A stretch of 63,868 nt of DNA, the filler included, from Malassezia furfur (lineage: Eukaryota): NCBI GenBank assembly GCA_052055015.1. It is 3 parts of 3 records of this genome, joined end to end, with 100 filler letters (N's around TTAATTAATTAA, not from the genome) between each part and the next. Parts side by side here need not be neighbours in the genome. Positions count along the whole stretch, not along the records: positions 1 to 23,895 come from JBQJIT010000146.1; 2 more parts are not named here. One strand, written 5' to 3'. Shown one piece after another: positions 11,014 to 21,387 of this stretch (position 1 is its first letter; every line of letters begins with the position of its first letter). A program made the translations under genes and the position numbers. The notes beneath the pieces were generated by a model. It saw only the letters and a list, made by a program, of their open reading frames with translations, made no database searches and was not told the DNA's origin.

Positions 11014-12132
11014 TCAATCCTCGGCATGCGCCAGTACGTACGACAGGTTCGGCGTCGCGACCATCTTGGCGCTCAGCTCGCCGAGGCACAGCGCGTGCCG
11101 CTGCTCGGCGTCGAGGAGCATCACCTGTTGCAGGAAACTCGTCTCGCACCCGCTCGTGACGTCGTAGGGAATGTCGCCCACGTACAGCACCGCACGCCCG
11201 CTCCGGTAAATCTCGAGCCGCCCGATCTCGCCATGCGTCGCAGGGGGCGCAGGGTCCACCGGCACCACCGCATCGTCGTCGCCTTCGACGTCCGCCTTGG
11301 ACACCGGCTCCTGTGTCGTGCGGAACTGGGGGAAGGGGCGCGGGAACTGGAACAAGAACGTGCGGCCTTCTGACTCGCCCTGCCCGATGGACGACACGAT
11401 CCGGCTCGCGAGTGCGTCTTCGTCCTCCTCTTCCTCGCTCTCGCTCAGGTCGAGTGCCTGTGCCTGGTTGACGTCTTCGGTGGCATCCGCGGGCGTCATT
11501 TCGACGTCTTCCATGTCGGCGGCCTCTGTCTTGACCTCGGTCTTTTCGCGCTTGAACTGCGGCGGCGCCTGCAAGAGCGGCTGAGGCGCCGCGGCATCGA
11601 GCTGGTGCACGTCGTGGATGTCGATCGAGAAATCCTCGTCGTCGTCCCCCGCCCCTGCCCCTGCCTGGGCCGCAACAGAGGACGTGGCCGAGGGGCGTGT
11701 CGGCCGCGCGCCCGGTGCGGCGGCCATGGCCGGGCGCTGCGCGGCGGCTGCCCGCGAGCTGCTCGGCTTGTCGGTAGGCCCGAGGGCAAATGGCCCTGAC
11801 GCGGTCATCTCCATCGGCGGCCGCACGCGAGGCCGCTGCGGGTGTGCGCTCGACGGCACCCGTTTCGATTCGGGCGCCGCCGTGGATTGCTGGCCATCGG
11901 GCGGAGGCGCGGCGCTGGGCGTCCGGCGCCGCTGGGGTATCACTGGTCGGAACTGCATGCGTCCCGCCGTGGGCTGCGGCGTCGTCGGCCGCGCTGACCC
12001 CGCACGACCTGGGACCATGCTTGTGGTGCGTCCCTGTGTGCCGGGCGCGCCCGAGCGGGTCATGCGCCCCGGAGCACGCCCCGCGCCGTCCTGTGTGCCG
12101 CCGCCGTTCGCGTTGTTCGCGTCGTGGCTCAT
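11014..12132 (-). CDS. RPC53: RNA polymerase III subunit RPC4/C53
   Basis: Low-complexity N-terminus with SGPFALG. C-terminal FLFQFP..GEIGRLEIYRSGR..VGDIPYDV..G...SFLQQV..LGEL..KMVATP domain. Confidence 0.88.
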   Translation of the reverse strand: MSHDANNANGGGTQDGAGRAPGRMTRSGAPGTQGRTTSMVPGRAGSARPTTPQPTAGRMQFRPVIPQRRRTPSAAPPPDGQQSTAAPESKRVPSSAHPQRPRVRPPMEMTASGPFALGPTDKPSSSRAAAAQRPAMAAAPGARPTRPSATSSVAAQAGAGAGDDDEDFSIDIHDVHQLDAAAPQPLLQAPPQFKREKTEVKTEAADMEDVEMTPADATEDVNQAQALDLSESEEEEDEDALASRIVSSIGQGESEGRTFLFQFPRPFPQFRTTQEPVSKADVEGDDDAVVPVDPAPPATHGEIGRLEIYRSGRAVLYVGDIPYDVTSGCETSFLQQVMLLDAEQRHALCLGELSAKMVATPNLSYVLAHAED

Positions 12133-12208
12133 GCCGAGGAAAAAGTATAGGCTTAGTCATCGGGTGCTTGGCGGGCCAGTGGCGTCCCCGCATCTACGCT
12201 TAAACCGT

Positions 12209-14021
12209 ATGAGTGGGAGACAGCTCCAACGTGTTGTCCGCGGGCTGGGAGTCGTGCCCGTGGCGCAACGGCACACAATTCGTACTTTTGCAAGCAAGGC
12301 TATGCGTAAGCAGGCTACGGAGTCGGGCCCGGACGTCACGTCACTGGTGCCGGCGCCCGCGCCGCTCCGTGTGCACCCGCCGACGCCCGAAGAAGAGCGC
12401 GTCTTGTTTGACGAGACGGTGCGCGAGGTCGAGGCGTGGCTCGCCAACCCGCGGTGGAAGGGCATCAAGGTACGTGGCTCATCTCACCCAGCGCCCATAC
12501 ACTGCCAAAGACATCGTGTCCAAGCGTGGTACGATGCCTGCGATTCCGCCGGCGTCCTCGCTGATGGCCGACAAGCTGTTTACGCTGCTAACCGAGCACG
12601 CCGCGAACCGCACCGTGGTGCACACGCTCGGTGCGGTGGACCCCGTGCAGATGTCCCAGATGGCGTTCAACCAGGAGGTGGTCTACGTGTCGGGCTGGGC
12701 GGCGTCCTCGGTGCTGACGACGTGCAACAACGAGGTGGGCCCTGATCTCGCCGATTACCCCTATACGACGGTGCCGAACCAGGTGCAGCGCCTGTTCAAG
12801 GCGCAGCTGCACCACGACCGCAAGCACTGGGACGAGCGGTGCCACATGACCGAGGAGCAGCGCACCAAGACGCCCTGGGTGGACTACCTACGCCCGATTA
12901 TCGCCGATGCGGACACGGGCCACGGTGGGCTGAGCAGCGTGTTCCGCCTGGCGAAGCTGTTTGCCGAGCAGGGTGCGGCGGGCATCCACCTCGAGGACCA
13001 GCTACACGGCGGCAAAAAGTGTGGGCACCAGGCCGGCAAGGTGCTGGTGCCTACGTCGGAGCACGTGAACCGCCTGACCATGACCCGCTTTGCGTGGGAC
13101 ATCATGGCGTCGTCGAACCTGCTCATTGCGCGCACCGACTCGGAAACGGCGAAGCTGATCTCGTCGACGGTGGACGCGCGTGACCACGAGTTCATCAAGG
13201 GCGCCTACAACCTGCCCGAGGGCATGAAGGGTCTCGCCGAGACGCTCGCCGACAAGGAGGCCCAGGGCGCTGTCGGAGCCGAGCTCGACGCGGTCGAGGC
13301 CGACTGGCTCGAGAACGTGATGCTGCTCACGTTCAACGAGGCGGTGGCGCACCACAATGCGTCGGACCCGTCCGGTCTGCAGGAGTACGACCGGCGCGTC
13401 GAGGGCGGCGTGTCGAACGCCGATGCACGTGCGATTGCGCTCGATGTGTTTGGCCCCGACGGCGTGCCCAAGTGGGACTGGGATGCGCCGCGCACCAAGG
13501 AGGGCTACTACCACTTCAAGGGCGGCATCCAGGCGGCGATCAAGCGTGTCAAGACCTTTGCGCCGTACGCTGACATGCTCTGGCTCGAGACCAAGACGCC
13601 CGACGTCGCGCAGGCGCAGGGCTTTGCGGCCAAGATCCACCAGGACTTCCCCGGCAAGTGGCTCGTGTACAACCTCTCGCCGTCGTTCAACTGGAGCGCG
13701 CACGGGTTCAGCAACGAGGACCTGCGCAACTTTGTGTGGGACCTGGGCCGTGCCGGCTTCGTGTTCCAGCTGATCTCGCTGGCGGGCATCCACTCGATCG
13801 GTGCGACCACCTGCGAACTGAGCCGCCGCTTCCAGAAGGACGGCATGCTTGCCTACGTCGACCTGATCCAGCGCAAGGAGAAGGAGCTGGGCACAGACAT
13901 CCTGACGCACCAGAAGTGGAGCGGCGCGAACTACATGGACCGTGTGCTGCAGACGGTCAGCAGCGGCACCAGCGACACCAGCAGCATGGGCGCCGACTCC
14001 ACCGAGCACTCCTTCTCGTAG
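12209..14021 (+). CDS. ICL2: Mitochondrial 2-methylisocitrate lyase (isocitrate lyase family)
   Basis: Presequence, [53 protein letters not shown]-terminal STEHSF. 22-nt intron 12470-12491. Confidence 0.88.
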
Positions 14022-14061
14022 GCACGTGATAGACCCCACGTGCGCACTGCGAAACGACGCC

Positions 14062-16023
14062 ATGGCGTGCGACGCCAAGACCATGGTGTGGAAGCGAGGC
14101 GTGCTCGCGCTGTGTGCCGCGGTGCTCGTCGCGGCCGTGCAGGAGCCGTATGTGCTGCCGATGCACGAGGCAGGCACGCCGCTGAGTGGGCGCTTTTTGC
14201 ACATCACCGATATGCACCTGGACTCCGGGTACAAGGAAGACTCGGCGGTGGTCTCGTCGTGTCACCACAACAAGCCGCACGACAAGCACGGCGGCGAGTG
14301 GCGCGCAGGGCACTGGGGCACGCCAGTGAGCGACTGCGACTCGCCGCTGCGGCTCGGTAACGCGACACTCGACTGGGTCGCGCGCAACTGGAACGTCACG
14401 TCGGCGGACCGGCACGAGTCCGTGCAACCCAAGGACATGTTTGACTTTGTGCTGTGGACGGGCGACTCGGCGCGTCACGACCAGGACCCGCTTGTGCCGC
14501 GCACGGGCGAACAGACGCTCGAGGCGAACCGCTTTGCGGTGGATCTGATGGAGCGTACCTTCCCCGACATCCCCATTGTGCCCAACATCGGCAACAACGA
14601 CATTGCTTTGCACAACATCATGCCGCGTGGGCCGAATAAGGAGCTGCGGCAGTTCCTCGATATCTGGCGCAAGCACATCCCCGAGGACCAGACCAAGACC
14701 TTCCTCGAGGGCGGCTACTTTGCCAAGGACCTCATCCCGGACCACCTCGGCGTGCTGAGCCTCAACACGCTCTACTTCTTCGACTCGAACAAGGGCGTGG
14801 ACGGATGCCCGAAGCGCCGCCGGTACATGTCGCGCGACGAGGCCGACATCGGCACGCTGCAGCTCGAGTGGATGACGCAGCAACTGCTTCACTACCGCCG
14901 GCGCAACATGCAGGTGCACATCATCGGCCACGTTCCTGCGACGGCCGGTAACTATTTCCCGCGGTGCTTCGACGTGTATACCGAGCTTGTGCTGCGCTTC
15001 CAGGACACGATTGTGGGCCAGCACTTTGGGCACATGAACCTCGACATGTTCTTCATCCAGGAGTCGACGCTGGCGACCGACTCGAGCGAGCGCAAGACGC
15101 GCGTCAGCAACATGCCCGTTCTGATGAAGCGCGTCGAGGAGGACCTGCGCCTCGACTACGAGTCGCTGCCGGGCAGCGCGCGCACCAACATGGACTACTA
15201 TGCAGCATTCTACGTGTCGCCCAGCGTCATTCCCACGTACTACCCATCGGTGCGCGTGTGGACCTACAACACCACTCCCGTGCACGACAACCGCCCTGGC
15301 ATGCTGCACATTGCCGAAGAGGACGAGGCGGCACTGCTCGACTACGTGCGCTTCGACTCGTGCACGCCGGACGACACCGACCCAGACTGCGCGCAGGATG
15401 CGCCGACCTTGCTGGCCGCCGAGCCTTCGGATGCGAGCACGCAGAAGAAGCAGCGGCAGCACAGCCGGCCGAAGCGCCGCAGCAAGCACCGGCACCACAA
15501 GCTGCCGCGCTATGCGTCGCCCGATGCGCCCGTGCGCAAGAACACCTTTTTGACGCCGCTGGGGTATAGCCAGTGGGTGCTCGACCTGCCCAAGGCAAAC
15601 AAGGTGTACGAGAAGACGCTCCGGAATGACGGCTCTGCGGCGGCGGCGGCGCTCCAGCTCGACTTTGACCTCGAATACGCAACCTACCCTGGCACGACAC
15701 TGTGGCACGAGTACTTCGATGACGAGGAGGCGCCCGCGTCTGCGATGCAGCGCCACCACCACAGCCTCCCGTCGCAGCACCACATCCCCGTGCCGCGCCA
15801 CCTGTTGGAGCGCAAGCTGCGCCAGCTCCGCATGGACTCGCCGCTCAAGTGCCACGAGGGCGGCTGCCATGTGCGCCGCCGCGTGCGCCACCTGTCTGAG
15901 TACGAGCTGCAGGACATGACGCTGCGCTCGGTGATGGACTGGGCGCGCCGCCTCGTGCTGAGCCGGCGCCTCTGGCGCCGGTTTGTTCACCGCATGTATG
16001 CCAATAGTCTACTTAACGCATAG
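14062..16023 (+). CDS. PPN1: Vacuolar endopolyphosphatase (metallophosphoesterase)
   Basis: N-terminal hydrophobic anchor, GRFLHITDMHLD, CDSP, WTGDSARHD, GNND, IIGHVP, FGHMNLD, PSVIPTYYP. Start may be 14083. Confidence 0.9.
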   Translation: MACDAKTMVWKRGVLALCAAVLVAAVQEPYVLPMHEAGTPLSGRFLHITDMHLDSGYKEDSAVVSSCHHNKPHDKHGGEWRAGHWGTPVSDCDSPLRLGNATLDWVARNWNVTSADRHESVQPKDMFDFVLWTGDSARHDQDPLVPRTGEQTLEANRFAVDLMERTFPDIPIVPNIGNNDIALHNIMPRGPNKELRQFLDIWRKHIPEDQTKTFLEGGYFAKDLIPDHLGVLSLNTLYFFDSNKGVDGCPKRRRYMSRDEADIGTLQLEWMTQQLLHYRRRNMQVHIIGHVPATAGNYFPRCFDVYTELVLRFQDTIVGQHFGHMNLDMFFIQESTLATDSSERKTRVSNMPVLMKRVEEDLRLDYESLPGSARTNMDYYAAFYVSPSVIPTYYPSVRVWTYNTTPVHDNRPGMLHIAEEDEAALLDYVRFDSCTPDDTDPDCAQDAPTLLAAEPSDASTQKKQRQHSRPKRRSKHRHHKLPRYASPDAPVRKNTFLTPLGYSQWVLDLPKANKVYEKTLRNDGSAAAAALQLDFDLEYATYPGTTLWHEYFDDEEAPASAMQRHHHSLPSQHHIPVPRHLLERKLRQLRMDSPLKCHEGGCHVRRRVRHLSEYELQDMTLRSVMDWARRLVLSRRLWRRFVHRMYANSLLNA

Positions 16024-16853
16024 GCCGCTCGCCCGGGCGGCCAAACCGGTTCAGCGGCCACACGATCCATTCGACGCGCGAGCGCAGTAGGCCGAGCGGC
16101 ACGGGGCCAAACTCGCGGCTGTCACGGCTCTTGGCCTCGGCACGCAGTGCATGCGCCTCTTTGGGCTGCAGCGCACTGGCGTCGCCTTCCACCCACGCGT
16201 GGTTTGCGGGGATCGTGATGGTGAGCCATGCGCCACTTGCGTGCTCCTCGGTCTCGTGCGCGAGCGCACGCAGCGCGTGATGGTAAATGTTGGTGTATGC
16301 CATAGACGTCACGCCATGCTCCTCGCCTTGGAGCGGTGCCGGCGCCAAATCAACGCCGCGAGGCACCCACAGACGCACCGTGTCACCGCCGAGCGCAAGG
16401 ATGCGCTTTGTAATGAGCAGGTTAGGGTCGTTCGGCGAGTAGAGCGTCACAATATCGCCCTTTTTGAACGAGTGCATCGCCGAAGCGAGGCGGTTGAGCA
16501 GCACAATATCGGTCGGAGGCACCTTGCTGGGGTATAACGCCTGAACGGGATCGATGGGGTTGAATGTCGGCTGGGTTAGCACGGGTACATACCGACATGC
16601 TCGTGCCTTTGACGCTTGCGATGCTCACCACATGCCCCGTGACAAAGAGCGCGACAGGAACCCACGCAACCAAGTGCCAAAAGGTACGCGACAGCGTGGG
16701 CGGCGCCGGCGGCTCTTCAGCGTGCGGGGGCGGATGCCGCGTAGTGACGCAGCGGTACATGCCGCACCGCGGCTGTACTCCCCATAGACGCGCCTGCACG
16801 CCGAGCGTGCCGGCAGCCCCTCGGCCACGGCCCATCGCGCGGGGCAGGCTCAT
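16013..16853 (-). CDS. IMP2: Mitochondrial inner membrane peptidase subunit 2
   Basis: TM segment, then V.GTSMSPTFNP (after 22-nt intron 16571-16592), GDIV, ITKRILALGGD, WVEGD, DSREFGPVPLGL, IVWP. Start uncertain. Confidence 0.85.
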
Positions 16854-16943
16854 GGATCGCTTAGTAAAGGCAAACAGCGCGCGTCTGTGAGCTCGACGGT
16901 GTGCACGAGCGGCGGCGCCGGGTGCGTGGGCCGACACGCGGCA

Positions 16944-16985
16944 CACAGAGCATGTATACAGGACCACAGAGCATGTACACAGGAC
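16944..16985. repeat. Tandem 2 x 21-nt direct repeat
   Basis: cacagagcatgtatacaggac followed by cacagagcatgtacacaggac (1 mismatch), between the IMP2 start and the SDH6 stop. Confidence 0.8.
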
Positions 16986-17012
16986 CTATACTACAGTATC
17001 TATCCTGCCGTG

Positions 17013-17369
17013 TTACTTGGTCGTTTTGGGGCGCGTGTGCCAGCGCGATGCCAGGCCCAATGCCTCCATCTCCTGCATAACCGGGCCGGACAATTGGACA
17101 TGTTTCGTGTTCGGGTTCGCGAAGAACGTCTCAATCATGCGGCTCCCACGGCGCATCATATACTCGACCGTGGTAAAATCGCGCTTCGAGACACCGCCGC
17201 CCTGCTGAGGGTGCCGGAAGAAGTGGCGCAGGTAGAGCAGGAACTCGTGGCGCGCATCCTACCGATTAGCCACGCTCCCAGCACGTACCTCGGGCTTGGT
17301 CCGGATCAGACGTAGGCCTTTGCGGTAGAGCGCAAAGACCGCTTTTTGAGACTGGGAATAACGTTTCAT
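17013..17369 (-). CDS. SDH6: Succinate dehydrogenase assembly factor 1 (LYR motif; absent from the ORF track)
   Basis: MKRYSQSQKAVFALYRKGLRLIRTKPE|DARHEF..F...RDFTTVEYMMRRG.R. 30-nt intron 17259-17288. Confidence 0.85.
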
Positions 17370-17614
17370 TGTATACTATAGCTGTGCGGCAATGCAAACC
17401 GCAATGTGCAGACCAGAGATCAAGCCACGAGTATCTTACTCGCCGCCATACACGTCTCTGTCCGTCCTTGCTCTTGTTCGCAAGATAGAGGAGAGAAAGC
17501 AGAAGTGGGCCCTCCCTCCCACAATAAGCGAACGTGAAATGAGTAAGAAGCGCAAAGTACGACCACGGCGCATTTTTAAGTACGCTGCCCACGTGGCGGC
17601 CGCCCTATCGCTTA

Positions 17615-18697
17615 ATGACTCTCCTGCGTAGCACCGTGTCTGGTTGGCTTCGTGGATTGCGCGCAACTGGACTTCGCTCGTACACAATGGCATCGTCTCC
17701 TTCTTCCTTTATGCTGAACCGCACGCGCCTCGGCGTTGTACAGCTCGGGCAAACGAGCCCGGATAAGCAGTTCAACCTGAAGCATGCGCGTGAGGCCGTG
17801 CTCAAGGCCGCGAGCCAGGGGCCACTTTCGGGCGCAGATATGGTGATCCTTCCGGAATGCTTCAACTCGCCCTATGGCGTCCATTTCTTTGACAAATATG
17901 CGGAAGCGCTGCCGGGCCTGTTCGAGCAGGTCAAGCAGGGCGGCACTGCGACGACCTTCGAGGGCGAGACCCAATGGGCCATCGACAACAAGGACAATGC
18001 GCACCCGATCACGCCGTCGCAGGACCTCTTGAACGCAAGCGAGTCGGTCTCGATGCTGAGCTCGGTTGCCAAGGAGGCTGGCGTCGTGCTCATCGGGGGC
18101 AGTATCCCTGAGCGCGACAGCCAAGGGAACCTGTACAATACCAGCCTTGTGTTTGACAAGGAGGGCCGCATCATTGCGATGCACCGCAAAATTCACCTGT
18201 TCGACATTGACATCCCCGGCAAGATGACCTTCCAGGAGAGCGAGACGCTTACGGCGGGCAAGCAGATCACCATATTCGATTGCGGTACGTGTTGAACTAA
18301 TGCAGAATTCGGACGTTTCGGCCTGGCCATCTGCTACGACCTGCGCTTCCCCGAACTCGCGATGGTCTGTGCGCGCCTGGGTGCTGGCGCGATGCTGTAC
18401 CCCGGTGCGTTCAACACCACGACCGGTCCGCTCGCATGGGAGCTGCTGCTGCGTGGCCGTGCCGTGGACAACCAAGTGTACACGGTGGGCTGCTCGCCTG
18501 CACGGCCCACCGAGGGCTACCCCGCGTGGGGCCACAGCACGGTCGTCGACCCGATCGCGCAGGTGGTTGCGACGTGCGGTGAAGAGGAGACGGTGATTTG
18601 GACCACACTTGACCCTGATCGCGTGCGTGAGGTGCGCAAGAATGTGCCCGTGTCCTCGCAGCGCCGCTTCGACGTGTACCCCAACGTAGCCAAGTAG
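17615..18697 (+). CDS. NIT3: Omega-amidase (nitrilase family, NIT2/Nit3)
   Basis: Catalytic triad motifs LPECFNSPYG, HRKIHLFDIDIPGK, ICYDLRFPE; PGAFNTTTGP, WGHS. 21-nt intron 18285-18305. Confidence 0.9.
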
Positions 18698-18757
18698 CGT
18701 GCAGGGGCCAATGCCATCACGTGATGATGCTGCCTGGCGCCATTCTTCTCCAGCACC

Positions 18758-19862
18758 ATGGCGGACAAACAGGCGAAGCGTGCGCGCTTTGAGGGCGTGT
18801 TTAGCGACATTGTGGATGAGCTGCTTGGATATATGAAGTCGCAGTCCAGTGTGTATACATTTGTGTGCTGACCCAGTGCCGGACGATGCGATCCAGTGGT
18901 TCAAGCGCAACCTGGACTACAACACCCCAGGCGGTAAGCTGAACCGTGGGCTGTCGGTCGTCGATACGGTCGACCTGCTCCTGTGCACGGATGCGGAGGG
19001 CAAGCGCACGCGCGAGCTCAGTGACGAGGAGTACAAGGAGGCGGCCATTCTTGGCTGGTGCATCGAGCTGCTCCAGGCCTACTTCCTGGTCGCCGACGAC
19101 ATGATGGACGCGTCGATCACGCGCCGCGGCCACCCGTGCTGGTACCGTGTGGAAGGTGTTGGCAACATTGCGATCAACGACGCCTTCATGCTCGAGGGTG
19201 CTATCTACTACCTGCTCAAGCAGCACTTCCGCACGAAGCCGTACTATGTGCACCTGCTTGAGCTGTTCCACGACGTGACGTTCCAGACGGAGCTGGGTCA
19301 GCTGATTGACCTGATCACGGCGCCTGAGGACGTTGTGGACCTGTCCAAGTTCTCGCTGGACAAGCACCACCTGATCGTCGTGTACAAGACGGCGTTCTAC
19401 TCGTTCTACCTCCCTGTCGCGCTTGCGATGCGCATGTGCGGTGTGGATGACGAGTCACTGTACAAGCATGCGCTTGACATCCTCCTGCCTCTCGGCGAGT
19501 ACTTCCAGGTGCAGGACGACTACCTCGACTGCTACGGCACGCCCGAGGTGATTGGCAAGATCGGCACCGACATTCTTGATAATAAGTGCTCGTGGAACAT
19601 CAACGTTGCCCTTGCCAATGCGACGCCCGAGCAGCGCAAGACTCTGGACGACAACTACGGCCGCAAGGACTCGACGTGCGAGCAGCGGGTCAAGGACGTG
19701 TTCAATGCGCCCAACATCGACCTCAAGAAGCGGTTCGCTGACTACGAGCGCGACTCGTACGACCGTATTCATAAGCTGATCGATGCGCTGCCCGAGAGCT
19801 CGGGCCTGAAGCGCTCCGTGTTTGTGGCCTTCTTCGAGAAGGTGTACAAGCGCAGCAAGTAG
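18758..19862 (+). CDS. ERG20: Farnesyl diphosphate synthase
   Basis: [66 protein letters not shown]. 28-nt intron 18849-18876. Confidence 0.96.
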
Positions 19863-19927
19863 CCACATTCATTCTTAGTCAGCGCAATTTCGCCGTGCGC
19901 GTTCCACTTTTTTTTTGGTGCACGATC

Positions 19928-20974
19928 ATGGGCCTGGCCGAGCAGCGCAAAAAGCAGCGGCTCGTGGGATCGGCGACCACACGCAACCATGCCTGGGTCA
20001 ACGACACCTCGCTGCCTGGCCAGCGTCTGATGGCGTCTATGGGCTGGGCACCGGGCACCGGTCTGGGCACTTCGGGCCAGGGCATGGCGACGAACCTGAC
20101 TGTGTCCATGAAGCTCGACAACAAGGGAATTGGCGCGCACCGCCACGAAAAGGAGGCGCGCGAACAGAACAAGGCGGATGCATGGATTGGCGCCGGAGGC
20201 GACCTCGGTATGCTGTTTGAGCGTCTGAACTCGGCCAACTCGTCCGAGCAAGCGTCGCCTGCGAGCCCCGCAAGCCCTGCGCCAGTCGCTGCAGCGGCAG
20301 CACCGGCGCCTGTGCCGGCTGTTTCGCGACTTGCGTATGTTGCTCTATACTGACACAGTCACCGTGCCAAGTTCCGCCGCGCGAAGGCTATGGTCGGTAC
20401 CGATGCGTCGCGCATGAACGAGATTCTGGGAATTAGCAGCGCAGAGAGCAGCGCTCGGAATTCGCCGGCGCCTGCACTCGAGTCGCGCGCCTCGCCTGCG
20501 ACCAGCGCAGCAAAGCCCGCGAAGCGCAGTCGCGAGGAGAGCGAGGAGGATACGTCAGAGTCGCCCGAGCCGTCTGCGACGAAGAAGAGCAAGAAGAAGG
20601 ACAAGAAGGCATCGGGCGATTCTACGAAAGCGGAGCGCAAGCTGCAAAAGGCGCTAGAGAAAGAGGAGCGCAAGCGCGAGAAGCGCGAGAAGAAGGCAGC
20701 GAAGAAGGCGGATGCAGCGCGGGGTGTCGAGTCCTCCGAGAAACGCACCAAGGACAAGTCGAAGAAGTCGAAGAAGAGCCGTGCCAGCCATGACGATGAG
20801 TCGGAGCCGGCAGCCGCTGACCCGCCCGAGGCACCGACCGATACGCTCGTGGAAGAGTCCAACCTCATCGTGTCGCCCGGAGGCCAGTTTGTCTTCCAGT
20901 ACCTGTCCAACAAACTCATGCGCCGGCGTGCGGAGGTGCAGCTGCGCCGGCGTGAGGCGGGCAAGTGGTGGTAA
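19928..20974 (+). CDS. PXR1: G-patch protein Pxr1/PinX1 (ribosome biogenesis)
   Basis: MGLAE.RKKQR..RN..W.ND...G.RLM..MGW.PG.GLG..K.DNKGIG, HRAKF..AK, KKE-rich tail. 24-nt intron 20335-20358. Confidence 0.85.
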
Positions 20975-21152
20975 CTTGTAGTAGTACTGTATTTGTATGA
21001 AGAGGGAGAGGTCGTCCCACACGGCTACGATGGCACACGAGTGTGGTTCTAGGGGATCAAGTTGTGGCAGATCCTGAGACACTGTGCCGCACAGTGCGCC
21101 CATGGCCGGCAGGTGCGTCGCACGGGCGGGCGGGCCGGCTCTGATCGGCAGA

Positions 21153-21332
21153 TCACTGCACCTTTGCGGGGTCGGACGGGGGGACGCTCGCCTCGAGCGT
21201 TTTCTTGAGCTTCATATCGTCCTGCATAGACACCATAGATGTCTCGATGAGCGGCTTGAAAATGTACACGCCCGACGCGACGCCGACGAGTGCCGCAATG
21301 AGTGGGCCACCGAGGCTCTGGAAGCGCGACAT
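21153..21332 (-). CDS. 59-aa PIGBOS1-like single-TM micropeptide (below the ORF-track cutoff)
   Basis: MSRFQSLGGPLIAALVGVASGVYIFKPLIETSMVSMQDDMKLKKTLEASVPPSDPAKVQ*. The G..SGVYIF.P motif resembles PIGBOS1 (GIAGGVYIFQP). Head-to-head with SCS3. Confidence 0.75.
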   Translation of the reverse strand: MSRFQSLGGPLIAALVGVASGVYIFKPLIETSMVSMQDDMKLKKTLEASVPPSDPAKVQ

Positions 21333-21387
21333 GGCTGCGGAAAATTATTTGCGCTCCACCTCGCACGGTCTTCCCGCCGTTTTGTCG

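Noticed and set aside
13014..13031. KKCGHQ variant of the isocitrate-lyase active-site loop
   Set aside because: Catalytic KKCGH is intact and the following residue varies among ICL/MCL enzymes; no basis for a new activity.
16944..16985. 21-nt direct repeat as a CRISPR-like or mobile-element signature
   Set aside because: Only two adjacent units with no spacer and no transposase or Cas gene; simple local duplication.
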